This document shows, piece after piece, positions 1 through 11,932 of a stretch of DNA of 64,000 bases; positions within the stretch are counted from its first letter, which is position 1; every line of letters starts with the position of its first letter. Source of the stretch: Tricharina praecox (lineage: Eukaryota); assembly GCF_024521635.1 (NCBI RefSeq), contig NW_026250404.1:2232001-2296000 (forward strand), read 5' to 3'. The position numbers were made by a program, and so were the translations under genes. Below the pieces are notes generated by a model. The model made no database searches, was not told the origin of the DNA, and saw only the letters and a program-made list of their open reading frames with translations.

Positions 1-953
1 GGACATAGATAACATTGTTGGCTTTCGTCACAGAATTGCACTCGGTGTGTTTACCTGCACTTTCGTTGCGATGGGGCACTCGGCTGTTGAGTGTGCCATA
101 GCCTGGATTGGTCGTACGTAAGGTATTTGTGAAGGGTCGGGTGTATGTAGCTGTAGGATGCGTACCGAAAAATTACTCAGTGATTATCAATGTCTCGGTT
201 GTTGTTTAACGTTACAAAGCACGGGATCAATAGATTTACCCATGGTGAATTGCAATTTCAATCTGCCAGACCATGGGCGAGTATATAAAACCTCACATAT
301 GGGGATAGAGATAAATTCTTCCGCCGACAGCCTTCTATATTGGCCAGGTGCTGTCGCAATGTACTCTAGAAAGGTAATATTGGGAGGCGGCAATACTGTC
401 CAGTACATAGTACCTAGCGTGGATTGGTTCCGAGCATTAGCTATGACTACTTAAGTACAGTAGCAAAAAGTGGGGTGCGATTACTACCTGAAAAATACCA
501 GGGTTATCGCAATACCAAAGAACTATCAGATTTTTACTTAACCCGTATTTTTTCTCTTCAAAAAGAACCAGACGGCACGTATTTTCACATAGAAAAAAGG
601 GCTGCCATCTTTCCCACACCACGTATCAAAAAAATACGTCTGCTACAGACAACGAGAGTTATACAGCGTTGCAGTACATTTGCAGTATACCACGTAGTTA
701 TAAACCCTGCATAGTTGTAGAACCATATGGTAAACAAAATTGCGTGTTGGGTTACTTCCGATGGTACTACGTGATGTTCACCAGATGTCTGCGATATATC
801 TACCAAAAGACTTCCGTGCTTGCAAAAGCCGGTGCTCACCACTACCCTTAGGGCCCGTACAATGCGATCTTCTGGAGTATCATAGGGTTGGGTATCTGCA
901 GCAGAACAACGGATTTGCAGACGGCTCCATTGCAGAGTGATGGGAGACAGGAT

Positions 954-1124
954 GGGAGAATGACTCGTCACCGAGCAGGAATGACTAGTCACCAAAGTGG
1001 GAATGACTCTAGCCACCGAATGGGAATGACTCTAGAAACCGAGTGGGAATGACTAGTCAATGAATGGGAATGACTCTAGCAACCGAGTGGGAATGACTCT
1101 AGGCACCTAGAAATGACTAGTCAT
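954..1124. repeat. Minisatellite, 8 copies of a 20-23 bp unit (consensus ~GTGGGAATGACTCTAGCCACCGA)
   Basis: AATGACT core recurs at ~959, 980, 1002, 1025, 1048, 1069, 1092 and 1112. Confidence 0.9.
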
Positions 1125-1299
1125 CGGCGCCAGTATTACCTGTATGGCCGCACGCGGAGGGTGAGGGGGGGGGGTCTCCTGGGCGACACCAGTACTGCCT
1201 CCATTGCAGTGGGAGGGGGTCGGCGGGTGAAATCGAATGTGATTAGTAGTGGGCTTCAACGTTGGCGGGCATGGCGGGGTCGACCAAGTGCGGAGAAGT

Positions 1300-1830
1300 A
1301 CTTAAGTCCGCCCCGCAACTCCTCCCCCTTCTCCCGCCGCAACTCCTCTCTCACTACAACTACTCCCCCACCACAACTTCTCCCCCACCGCAACTACTAC
1401 ATCCGCTGATACCTCCCTTCTGATATAGCTTCTACTCCTGCCGTATCTCCTGCTCTCGCCATAACTGCTACTCCCGCTGCAATTGCTATCTCCCTCCTGC
1501 CACAACTCTATTCCACTTGATAGCTCATATCTCATATAGCTTCCACTCCTGCCGCAACTACTACCCCCCGCCGACAGTTCCTCTTCATCTCGAAGACAGC
1601 TTCTCCTTCTCACTGATAGCTCCCCCTCGCTGGTAAGTCCTCCTCCCTAGCACTCCTCCTCGCTAACCACTCCTCCCCACTGACAAGTCCTCCTCACTGG
1701 CCACTCATCCTTTTCGCTAGTAGCTCTTCTCGCTGTCAACTCCTCCACCTTCTAGCCAATAGCTCCTCCTCTTGCAAACAAGTACTCCTCACTAATAACT
1801 ACTCCTCGCTAACAGTTTCTCTTTATCTTG
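1300..1830 (-). pseudogene. Decayed low-complexity E/L/R-rich (coiled-coil-like) coding relic
   Basis: Minus strand carries many variants of GAGGAGTTGCGGCGG (EELRR), broken by TAG/TGG codons and frameshifts; no intact ORF. Confidence 0.3.
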
Positions 1831-1914
1831 CCGACACCACTGCAACCTGCCCACAGACAGTGTAAGAAGGGCACCGGTGGCAGGGTGCCTGGATTGGAAG
1901 CACGAGCCGCCTAC

Positions 1915-1932
1915 AGTAGTAGTAGTAGTAGT

Positions 1933-2028
<96 letters not shown>

Positions 2029-2077
2029 TAGTAGTAGTAGTAGTAGTAGTAGTAGCAGTAGTAATAGTACTAGTAAT
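1915..2077. repeat. (AGT)n microsatellite, ~50 units
   Basis: Near-perfect AGT run that degenerates at its right end. Confidence 0.98.
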
Positions 2078-2985
2078 ACCTGAAAACTGCCAGAATGTCG
2101 TGCATTTTTGCTTGCGTACAACGTCTTACTCACAGTACGTATTTTTTTGAAGCCAGAGGGTTTCTACGCATTTCTTCCGTAGATCCCTTGTGGTTGTAGT
2201 TTTACTGCAGTCCAGAAACCATTCGATTGACATTACAACGGTGCTCTCTGCACTACGTTGTTGTGAATACAAGGTAGTTTTCTGGTATGTCTCTGGTATT
2301 CCCGACACCACGTAAGATTTTGCGTCTAGAAGAACTGCAGTGGTTCTTCCTACTCTTTGGTATGCATATCTTTACAATTCTATGTAAAGATTTTCGATAC
2401 CGTAGAGTTGGGACTATGGGAAGAAAGAAATTTCAAAATACATCTGTATTTTCGGAAAACTGCTAGGTTTCTACCTTTACGGTGGTTCTACTCATGACCT
2501 GCGGAAGGAGTCGCACCCCACTTTTTGCTACTATACCTATTCGCTCCCATATGCTACTAGCCATCGGAGAGATTCTGAGGATGAAAAGGAAAGATAAGAA
2601 TCAAGCCTTCTCGATCAATATTTGGTATGCTGCGAAGATGTTAGACATGAGCAATCACTCCCATAGCGAGTGATGAAGTGGTATGGGGTCACGTGCATCA
2701 CTCCACCCTGTATGTATCCACGAGTTTCCGCCTCTTGCGCCTTGCGCCGCGACTGCACTCGGGCCGTGCACCAACATCTTAGCGAAGCTTATCACAATTG
2801 GAAAGATTGTGACGAGTGCTGTGGGCGATTATGTACTTGTGTGGACTCGGGGTATCGGATCTGTGGATAGCGCAGGAATGGTTACTTATGCAATACTACC
2901 TATTCTAAGTGATCCGATCCGAGATGGGCCGGACGCAGGGATGCGTTTAGTTATCTAACGGTTCCGACTTTCCATCGATCGTGGT

Positions 2986-3237
2986 TCGGCTTCTTGGTTT
3001 CTCGGCTTCTTGGGATCTTGGGATCTTGGGATCTTGGGATTTTGGGTTCTTGGATTGATCTTGGATTGATCTTGGGAGGTTGGGTTCTCGCTTCTTGGAT
3101 CCTTGGGTTCTTTCGTTCTTGGATTCTTGGATTCTTGGATTAGATTCTTTCGTTCTTTCGTTCTTTGGTTCTTGGATTCCTGGCCTTTTCGTCTCCCCGA
3201 GCTTGGATGGCTTGGATGGCTTGGATGTCTTGGATGA
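2986..3237. repeat. Degenerate 8-9 bp tandem repeat (TTCTTGGA / TCTTGGGA / CTTGGATGG)
   Basis: Repeated TCTTGG cores seen directly. Confidence 0.85.
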
Positions 3238-4661
3238 CCGCTGGCACGGTAGTGTTTGCACAGCCAGCTGCAGGGAAACAACGTCTCGCAGCCTCCAAGC
3301 CTCGGCATCCGTCTTGACGATGACTAAGACCAGTTATTGGACTGGGATCATCGGATGCCATGTACTCTTCTTGATGTCCACATAGATGCTGTGGGACACA
3401 GTGGAAACGGCGGGCATGGCAGATGCACGAGCGGTGAAATTTCGCCGACCTGGCTAGACCAGATTCGGTGGGGTTAAACGTTCAGAAAGCTCTTGTATAC
3501 TTTGTCGGCCAGTCCGTCTGTCTGTTCGTCGTCTGTCTGTCTCATCGTTCTCTATCATCTGTTCGTTAGATATCGTTCTCATCAGTGTGCTTTTCGTTGT
3601 TATTTGTCCCGATCTCGCTACCTATTCAACTCGCGAGGTTCTAGGATCTCCCGAAGAACACAGGAGGCTCTCTCTCTTTACGTGGCGTTTCCTCTCTCGT
3701 GAAATACAATCGGTCCTCTCGAGCTAGCTATCACCAAAGTTGCCAAAGGGTCTCCCCGGTCCTAGTGCTTCAATGCCGAGCGGCTTGTCCATACACACCA
3801 AGAAGCAGAGTTGGCTCGTGTCTGCTGTTTCGAGGGGACGGACAAATGGGCACAACTCGGGTGTGGTGTTCTATGTACCGTATGAGGTATGTACCAGATG
3901 ACTTCCAAAGCAAAGCGTCCGGATGCAAGATCAGGTACTACATACCAGATGTGGCTGCTGTGGCTGCTGTGGAAATGAAGCTTTGGTGAGTCTGTAGTAA
4001 GCTGACCCTCATACTACATACCTCATAGACGCATCTATTCCCTTTAACTATCGCGAGTCGCGGCGGCTGGATGCCTGACACTAATCACCTACACTATGGC
4101 CGGCGCCGGGCCATGTCAGCGACTCAGCAGTCGCTGTGATCTGATCTGAGCTGACGGGGCCACGGGTCACGGGGTCGCGCCGGTGGACCGGGGGTGCGGA
4201 TCCTGCCCTGGCAGATGCACGTGTGTCGCATGCATCGCACAGAGAGAGCGCGACTTCCCTGACAGAGCTCAGCTGAACGTCAAGTGTCGAGAGTCAAAGT
4301 CAGAGTATCCGGCCAGGGTCGGGGTTGCTATTTTGGCCCCCATGCACTGTGCAGGTGCATACAACTCTAACTTAAATCCATCATCCAACGGAATCGTGCG
4401 TGCACATACATCCTCCCCCAACAGAAACCCTCCAGCCCGGCGCCGAACGACCAAGAACAAGAACAGAGGACCCGATGCTCTCACTGCTCAGGTGTGTATC
4501 GGATGCCCGCACGTGGGCGTAGAGTACTCTACACACATGCGGGGGAATCGATTATCGGAGGAGCCATGTGAGACGGAACGAATCCCTGGTCGCGCGACGT
4601 CCAATCACAGGGCGTGGAAATTCTCGTGCAGTGGCAGCCGGCGCAGACTTGTGCAGCTGAA

Positions 4662-4763
4662 CATCCAGCCCATCCAGCCCATCCAGCCCATCCAACCACC
4701 GGGTATGCAACGACAACGACGACAGCAGCGACAACAGCGACAGCAGCAGCAGCAGCAACAACA
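4662..4763. repeat. (CATCCAGCC)x3 followed by a CAG/CAA/CGA triplet tract
   Basis: Seen directly. Confidence 0.8.
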
Positions 4764-5337
4764 AAAGAGACGCAGGTACGCCACACACACACCTCCCCGA
4801 CGTATGCACCGACCGATCTCTTCATCGCCCAGCTTGCTTCGCGCGGAAACAAAACCGGCAAGAGGTTGTTGTAGTATGTTGCCATGCCATCACACAGCCG
4901 CAGATCGGCCTCGAAACCATGGCCAAAGATGCACCTAACAGCTCTAGCTGCTGGGCGGGACTCAGCCCACTCGTCATAACTAAGGTTGGCGCCTCAGCCC
5001 AGCCAGCCAGCGGCGGGCGGGCTGCCAACGGACACCAATGACGCCCGCCCGAGCGGATGCACGCGGGAAGGCGAAGGCGTATGTATCTCTGCGGGCCAAC
5101 CGCCGTGAGGAAGAAAAGCTCCGGAGACGTGCCGCTGCCTGTTGTGGTCTGGTGCCACAGCCAAAAGTACTACATATGTGCATAACCCGCACTTGCCATC
5201 GGGGACTCCTGTCGTTACCAGGGTGGGTCAGTGGTTCAGGCCAGTCAAGAACTTGTGGGCGAGGGGGGGGTGGGAGGGATGGTGTGGTATAAGACCAGGC
5301 CGGCTTCCGGCCGTGAGAAAGGCTTTTTAAATACACA

Positions 5338-7982
5338 ATGAACAAGCTGCGGTATTACTACTTCCTGATCCCGCTCGCGGTAGTCTTCTCCGTCTTGTTT
5401 GGCGTTATGTTTTGGCTGCAACCCAGAGCGATGCTTCCTGGCGGGCCGGCGGCCTATGTCAACCCTTTGTAAGTAACTTCTTCTTCTTCTTTTGCTTCGA
5501 GATAGGTACATCTCTGATACAATGCAAACTACAGTATGGGCACCGAGAATGGCGGGAACATGTTCCCCGGCGTGACCATGCCCTTCGGCGTGGTCAAGAT
5601 AGGCGTCGACTTAAGGCCTCCACCAGGCCAGGGCGACCCATACTCTGGCTACCACCCGTCAGGAAAGGTCACCGGCTTCTCGATGATGCACGAGTCCGGT
5701 AAGCATCCGCCGTCGTGAAGCACACGCATTCGATATCCATCTTCTAGCCGTCTAAACGTTTCTCACCTAGGCACTGGCGGAGCGCCAAAATACGGAGTGG
5801 TCTCACAGATGCCCGTGGCGGGCGATGTCGAGAATCCTTTGGCCGACTGGGCCTTACCGCGAGAACGCGAAGATACGGCCGCGCTGGGCTGGTACAAGTC
5901 CAGTCTGAAGGGCGGGATCACGGTGGAACTCACCGCCGGCCGGCACTCGGGCATCATGCGGCACTCGTTTCCGAACGATGCGAAGGGAAAACATGTCCTG
6001 GTCGATGTCTCGCATTTCCTGCCGTCTTCGAGGGGTATTGGCATCGAGCAGAACTATGTCGAGGGCGGGATCAAATTGCATGACGATGGGAGGTACTCGG
6101 GGTATGGAGTTTATAATGGCGGGTGGAATTATGGTATGCTCTCTAACTAGCGTCCGCTCTGCTGGACTATCGTTAATTTTTCGGGGACGGGGAAGGTATC
6201 GACTGGAAGATTTTCTTCTGCGGGAAGTTCTCGGCGCCGCACTCGGCCGCTGCCTTCGAGGGAACCGGAGAAAACCTTGAGTCCTTCGGCGAAAAGCAAG
6301 AAATCTCCGGCCGCAAAAGGGTAGGGGCCCTCTTCAGCTTCGCTCCTGGATCGTCGAGCCGAGTGATGGGCCGATCCGGTGCCAAGTTCGTGGTCGAGTC
6401 CAGAATAGGCATTTCCTGGATCTCACCCGAGAAGGCGTGCGGGTTCATCGACAGCGAGATTCCGGATAGCGAGAGCTTTGAGCAGGTCGTCGACTCCGTC
6501 CAGGAAACGTGGAATCGGGAAGTCTTCGCCAGGGTTGCGGTCAGGGAGAATGATGAGTCCAAGCTCAGGCTGCTGTACACTTCGATATATGGCATGTTCC
6601 TCATTCCGTCGGATCGCACGGGGGAAAATCCGGGGTGTAACTCGACGGAGCCTTACGTGTGTGCCCTGCACCTATTTTCTCCTCTGCACATATCCTAATG
6701 AGTGCTACAGTACGATGATATCTTTACCTTGTGGGACACATTCCGCAGCCACACCCCGCTGTTCCACATCCTGCAACCGCAGCGCTACGTCGATTTCCTG
6801 CGGTCACTCGTCGACACCTGGCGGCACGACGGCTGGCTGCCGGACGGGCGCAGCTCCAACTACAACGGGCGAGTGCAAGGCGGCAGCAACGCCGACAACG
6901 TTCTCGCCGACGCCCGAGTCAAGGGGGTGACAGGTGTCAACTGGGACGCCGCCTACGCCGCGATGCTGACCAACGCCGAGGAGGTCCCGCCCAACAACCA
7001 CGACGCACAATCCAACCGCGACAGCTCTACGCGCGAGGGCCGCGGCGCGCTCCCGGACTGGCTCGAGAGGGGCTTCATCACGCGCAAATACTCGCGGTCG
7101 GTCTCGCGCGCCGTCGAGTACGCCGCCAACGACTTCGCCGTCGCACAGGTCGCCCGCTCCCTCGGCACGCTCGACGACACAGAGAAGTACCTCAACCGCT
7201 CCCGCAACTGGCGCAACCACTGGGACGCGCGGATGAGCGTATACGGGTTTTCCGGCTTCCTGTCGCCCATCGAGCCCTCCGGCTCCTTCCCCGCGACACC
7301 GCACAACCCGCTCAGCTGCGGCGGCTGCTACTGGTCGGATCCCTACTACCAAGCGCTCCCCTTCGAGTACAGCTTCTCCGCGCACCACGACATGCGCACG
7401 CTCATCTCCCTGTGCGGCGGCGACCGCGCCTTCGTCGCCCGCCTGGACAAGCTGTTCTCCCCGGGCGCCAACCCCGCCGGCGACAAGCGCTTCGGAAAGA
7501 CTATCTTCAACCCCGGCAACGAGCCCTCCTTCGCCTCGCCGTACCTGTACAACTTCGTGCCTGGCAGCCAGTGGCGGTCAGTCGCACGGAGCCGGCAGGT
7601 CTCGCGGGACTACTTCAACTCCGGAAAAAAGGGCCTGCCCGGGAACTCCGACGCCGGCGCGATGCAGAGCTGGCTGCTGTGGGCGCTGATCGGCCTCTAT
7701 CCCATCACGGGCACGACTACGTTCCTGGTCGGGTCGCCGCAGATCAGTTATTTAGCTATTGATCTTGGACAGGGCAGGACGTTTGAGGTGAAAGCGAGAG
7801 GCGCGGATGAGGAGGGGGGAGGCTGGTTCGTGCAGTCATTGAAAGTGAATGGAAGGCTGTGGGATAGGAGCTGGGTGGAATGGGATGATGTCTTTAAACA
7901 TGGCGGGACGATGGAGTTCAGCCTGGGAAAGGAGAAGGTGGAGTGGGATACGGGGGAGAGGCCACTTTGGGGGGTTGTTTAA
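5338..7982 (+). CDS. Glycoside hydrolase family 92 alpha-1,2-mannosidase, multi-exon, with N-terminal signal or membrane anchor
   Basis: ATG 5338 then hydrophobic YYFLIPLAVVFSVLFGVMFWL. Spliced motifs VNPFMGTENGGNMFPGVTMPFGVVK, GFSMMHESGTGGAPKYG, TLWDTFRS, QGGSNAD, GNEPSF, GNSDAGAMQSW. Introns near 5469, 5699, 6134 and 6657. Stop 7980-7982. Confidence 0.93.
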
Positions 7983-8309
7983 TGGTACGGAAACGGGTGG
8001 GGGTGTATATAGACGGATGACGTGGGATGGGTTGGGTTGGGACGGCGTTGGGGTGTCTTTTTGGCGTGAGGCTGGTGTGCTCACTACATATACCTTTTGG
8101 TTGGATTGTACATATTGCGAATGATGGCGATTGAACTGACTTGAAGCTCTTTTTGAGGGTATGCTGTGCCATGTGGGCATCATGCTATCATTGCTTTCAT
8201 CATACGGAAGTAACCTAAATAACTCTTACCATTACCATCTGCCTCCCACCACCCTCTTTCCACCTCTTTCCACCTCCCCCTACACCCCCTACATACACCC
8301 CCCTACATC

Positions 8310-11300
8310 CTACATCTCCGGCCGCGGCTCATACCCCTCAACCACATCGACCCACCCCTCCGCTGGTCCCCAAGACAGCACCCCCGCCGTCCCCAGCCCC
8401 GCCCCTAGCGCAGGCTGCCCTAAACTCGCCGCCAACCCCACAACAGCCCACATCCCCTTCCCCCCCTCCCCCTCCCCCACCCCCTCCTCAGCGGGTACCT
8501 GAGCAAAAACCCTCCCCCCCAGCATCCCAAACCAGCTAAACACCTGCAACACGGCGTTGTCCGTATGTCTCCAGCTGGCGCGGTGCCATCCGAGCGAGAC
8601 GTAGCCCTCCGACGCTGACGCTGACGCCAAAGGGTCTGCAACGGTATGTACCACCCCCGGCCCGCCCCGCGTAGACAGCGTAAACTCGAGCGTCCGCGCG
8701 TTAGGCGGCGTGCCCACGGGCGCGTGGATGCTTAGTATATCCAGTCCCCCGCTGCCGCCTTCTTCACCACCTTCGCCGCCACCTTCGCCGCCACCTTCAC
8801 CTCCACCTTCACCACCTTCACCTTCATCCGGGGAAGACGAGGGGACCAGCGCGGTCAGGATATGATTCCGATCCGGCTCGGTGGCGGCGGTGGCGGCGGG
8901 TGTGACGGCGGGGGAGTACGCCAGCCCCCCATCTTGGTCACCAGTGACGGTGTATAACTGCACCCTCGCGCCGATCACGACAACGAGAATTTCTGCGCCT
9001 GTGGATAGGACGTCGCCGATAAGGATTTGCAGTGTCTGTCCCGCGACGCCCGGGAGGGCGAGGATGGTTTCGTGGACTGATAGGGTGGGTGGGGATGTGG
9101 GGGGAAAGGTGTAGTCGCGGAGGTGCAGGGATATGGCACGGTCGGGGGTTGTGACGCTGCCTGCCAGGAGCAGGCGGCCGAAGAGGAGCTTGACGGTTGA
9201 CCATGCCACCTTGGGCGCGGTGGTGTCCGTGAAGTCGAGTTTGCTGGTGAACGGGGGGGTGAGGGCGGTTGAGGTCAGCGCGGTGATGCGCGGTTGCCAG
9301 GTGGTCGGGTCGAAGGTGACGGAGATGACGTCGGGGTTTGAGGAGGGGGAGGGGTTGAGCCACGGGGCTATGAAGAAGCGGGCGCTGGAGAGGCCGTGGC
9401 CGCGGAAGTCTTGCAGCAGCGTGACGCGGGAGAAGTCGCTGCTGAGCACGAGCGGGGAGGCGTCGAGGTCGAAGAAGTCGACTAGCTGCGAGGACGTGTC
9501 GGGTTGGTGAAGCGTGAAGCTCCAGCCGTCGATTTCGACTACGCCGTCGCCCTTGAGGTTGAACCGGACGAGTGAGGTTTTCCCGCTGGTGGCGTCGAAG
9601 TGGCTGCTCCAGTGCAATGTACGGTCCGGTGGTAGGTTCTCGGTGATGTTACGGAAGCGGTTGCGCAGTGTGAAGGTGTACCGTGGGCCCAGGTTCGGGA
9701 TGTCGACGGTTATGGGGCCCCATACGTTCGCGGAAGTGACACGTCTCCCGTCTGTGTCTCCGGCATACTCCTGGATCTGGACGAATCCGCCCGAGCGCGG
9801 TTCCATGGGGATCGAGAGCGGAAATTCGCCAATAGCTTTGTACACCGATTTTTTGACCGCTGCTGCCTCCTTGGACGGCGTGAGAGGTGGCCATTGCAGC
9901 GGGATGTAGCCGGGATATGCAACCGCACGCTCGTGCTTCGAGTGGTCGTTGAGAGCTTTGCGGATGGTGAAGCGGGCGTCCTTGGGAGCGGATGGATCGT
10001 GCACCCACAGCGGCGCAAAGTTGTCGTGAGTCCAGCCTGGGCCGGAAGGTGAGACGAGTGCCATCTGTGGCTTTGGAGCCTGCTTCACTGCCGAGTAGGA
10101 TGATACCTCGGGGACGCTCTTGGAGGCGAATGCGTCATAGACTTCGTTTATACTGCTTTGGCATGCTTGTATGCTAGATGATGTTCAGCCAGGATACAAG
10201 TAGTGACAAGTGAGGAGCCCACCAGCGCACGCGATTTATACGGCAGTGTCCATCGAATAACTGCTTGTCTCCGTACGCAATCCATTCCTGTCCTTCTTCA
10301 TTCTGCACCCATAATCCGCATGCCGAGTCCTCGTCATGCATGTATCTCGACTGCGTGTCCCACACCGGCGCACCCACGATGCCAGCTGCAGAGTCATTCA
10401 TCAGTGAAGCCACACTCCCGCAGGGGGTATTCGCTCACAAGGAAACGCTGACCACGCACTACCGTCATGCAGAGCCCTTCTCGGGGCGCGCAGATGTCCA
10501 CTGCTGAAGGTATCGGTCAAGAAGTGCAGCCCGAAAGCATCCACCAGGTAGGCCGCTTTGAGAGCTTCTTCGTTGCCGTCGGCTGCCGCCGCCAGGTCGA
10601 GTGCTACCGCGTGGCAGGCCGTGTATGCTGCGCGCGCGTCGGTTCCTACATGGCGGTTGAAATCAGCATGGATGTCCCTACGCAGCTAGCCATGGGTGGG
10701 CCGAACCGAAGTGATCGAAGTTGTTCCATGCAATCCGGGGGTAGTATAGCCATGTCGCCAGGGAGTAGTCGGCATCCGTTGGTAGTCCTAGTCCACACGT
10801 CAGATTGGCGTGATGGCACAATGGCATTTAAGAACCGCCAACCCTTGATATGTTTCCCGTACTGCCATCCAATCAGCATTTCCGCATCTCCTTTCACGAG
10901 CGGACAGCAGCAGGATCATACCGCAACCGACACCGCCTCTCCCTCCTCCAACGCCTTCTTGATCGCCTCCTCCTCCTTCAAGAACAGCCCATTGATCGCC
11001 TTCAGATACCCGCCTGCATTCCCACTCAGCGTGTCTGCCGCCGCCTTCGCATTCCTCTTCACCTCCTCGAACGACGGGGTCGGCTTCCCGTAGTCGCCAG
11101 TGATCGCATGGTTCCCCGGGCCGGTATAGTAGTCCCCGGCCAACCCGATCACCTGGCCGATCGTCAACTCCACGCCCGCTACCGTCTTGAGAACGTATTT
11201 TGCCGCATCCCCGACTGCGCCCGTCGCGGCGGTGACAGTGAGCGAGTCGCCGATGGACGCGTGCTCGAGCGCTGCGCGGGAAATCAGCAAACGCAGCCCA

Positions 11301-11388
11301 TATCCACATACTGACAGGACCTGATCCACGCACTTTCGAACTTGATAGGGTTGCGCACCCCGCTGAATCTGCGCTGCGTATCTGCCAT
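8310..11388 (-). CDS. Zinc-dependent phosphatidylcholine-type phospholipase C (Legionella PlcA/PlcB / Pseudomonas fluorescens PLC family) with a long C-terminal domain, multi-exon
   Basis: Spliced translation: MADTQ...KFETLEHASIGD, LTIGQVIGLAGDYY, NNFDHFGTDARAAYTACHAVAL, AYLVDAFGLHFLTDTFSSGHLRAPR, YMHDEDSACGLWVQN, WIAYGDKQLFD. The last long exon is ORF 8310..10088. Confidence 0.82.
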
Positions 11389-11932
11389 TGTTGCTGACAG
11401 GTGAACTTCTGGCTGGCAAAAACACCCAGCTGCAAAACTTGGGCTTCGCCGCGTATTTAAGGCGACTCGGACTCGAATCTCCACTTACGATCGCGCGCGG
11501 GCGCACACACGAACACGACCCGACTCGATGTCATGCATTATATTCCTCAGCTTGATATGCAGTTGGTCCGGGTGTCCCGCCCCAGGCATCCACCCACTCA
11601 CAATAGCTGACGGGTGTGCGGCTCGAGTTCCTATGAATACCTCCAGGGGCTTGTCCGGTTTGGGGCGGATGTCGAGGATGTCGTAAGGCTGAACCGGGAA
11701 TCGACGGCGTAGAGCTCGGTAAAAAGCTTGTTGGTGTCACCGTCAGCTGAGCTGAAGTCATGGCACTCTACATGCATATCTACATACTCCAGGTGACTGG
11801 CGACTGGTTGAGGCGAAGCAAGACATGCCGCCTCGTCGATTCGTCGGCGGGACTTAAGTATCCGCGACTACCGTGCAGAACTCGAGTACCGGGCAGAACT
11901 CGAGTCCTAGCATAGGAAGGTAGGTATCCACC

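Noticed and set aside
158..940. Short ORFs at the window start
   Set aside because: No recognisable domain or consistent exon structure; probably decayed sequence.
1792..2133. Poly-Tyr/Leu/Val ORFs
   Set aside because: Artefacts of the (AGT)n microsatellite.
4183..4938. 251-aa ORF with poly-Q
   Set aside because: GTG start, length explained by GC richness and simple repeats, no domain.
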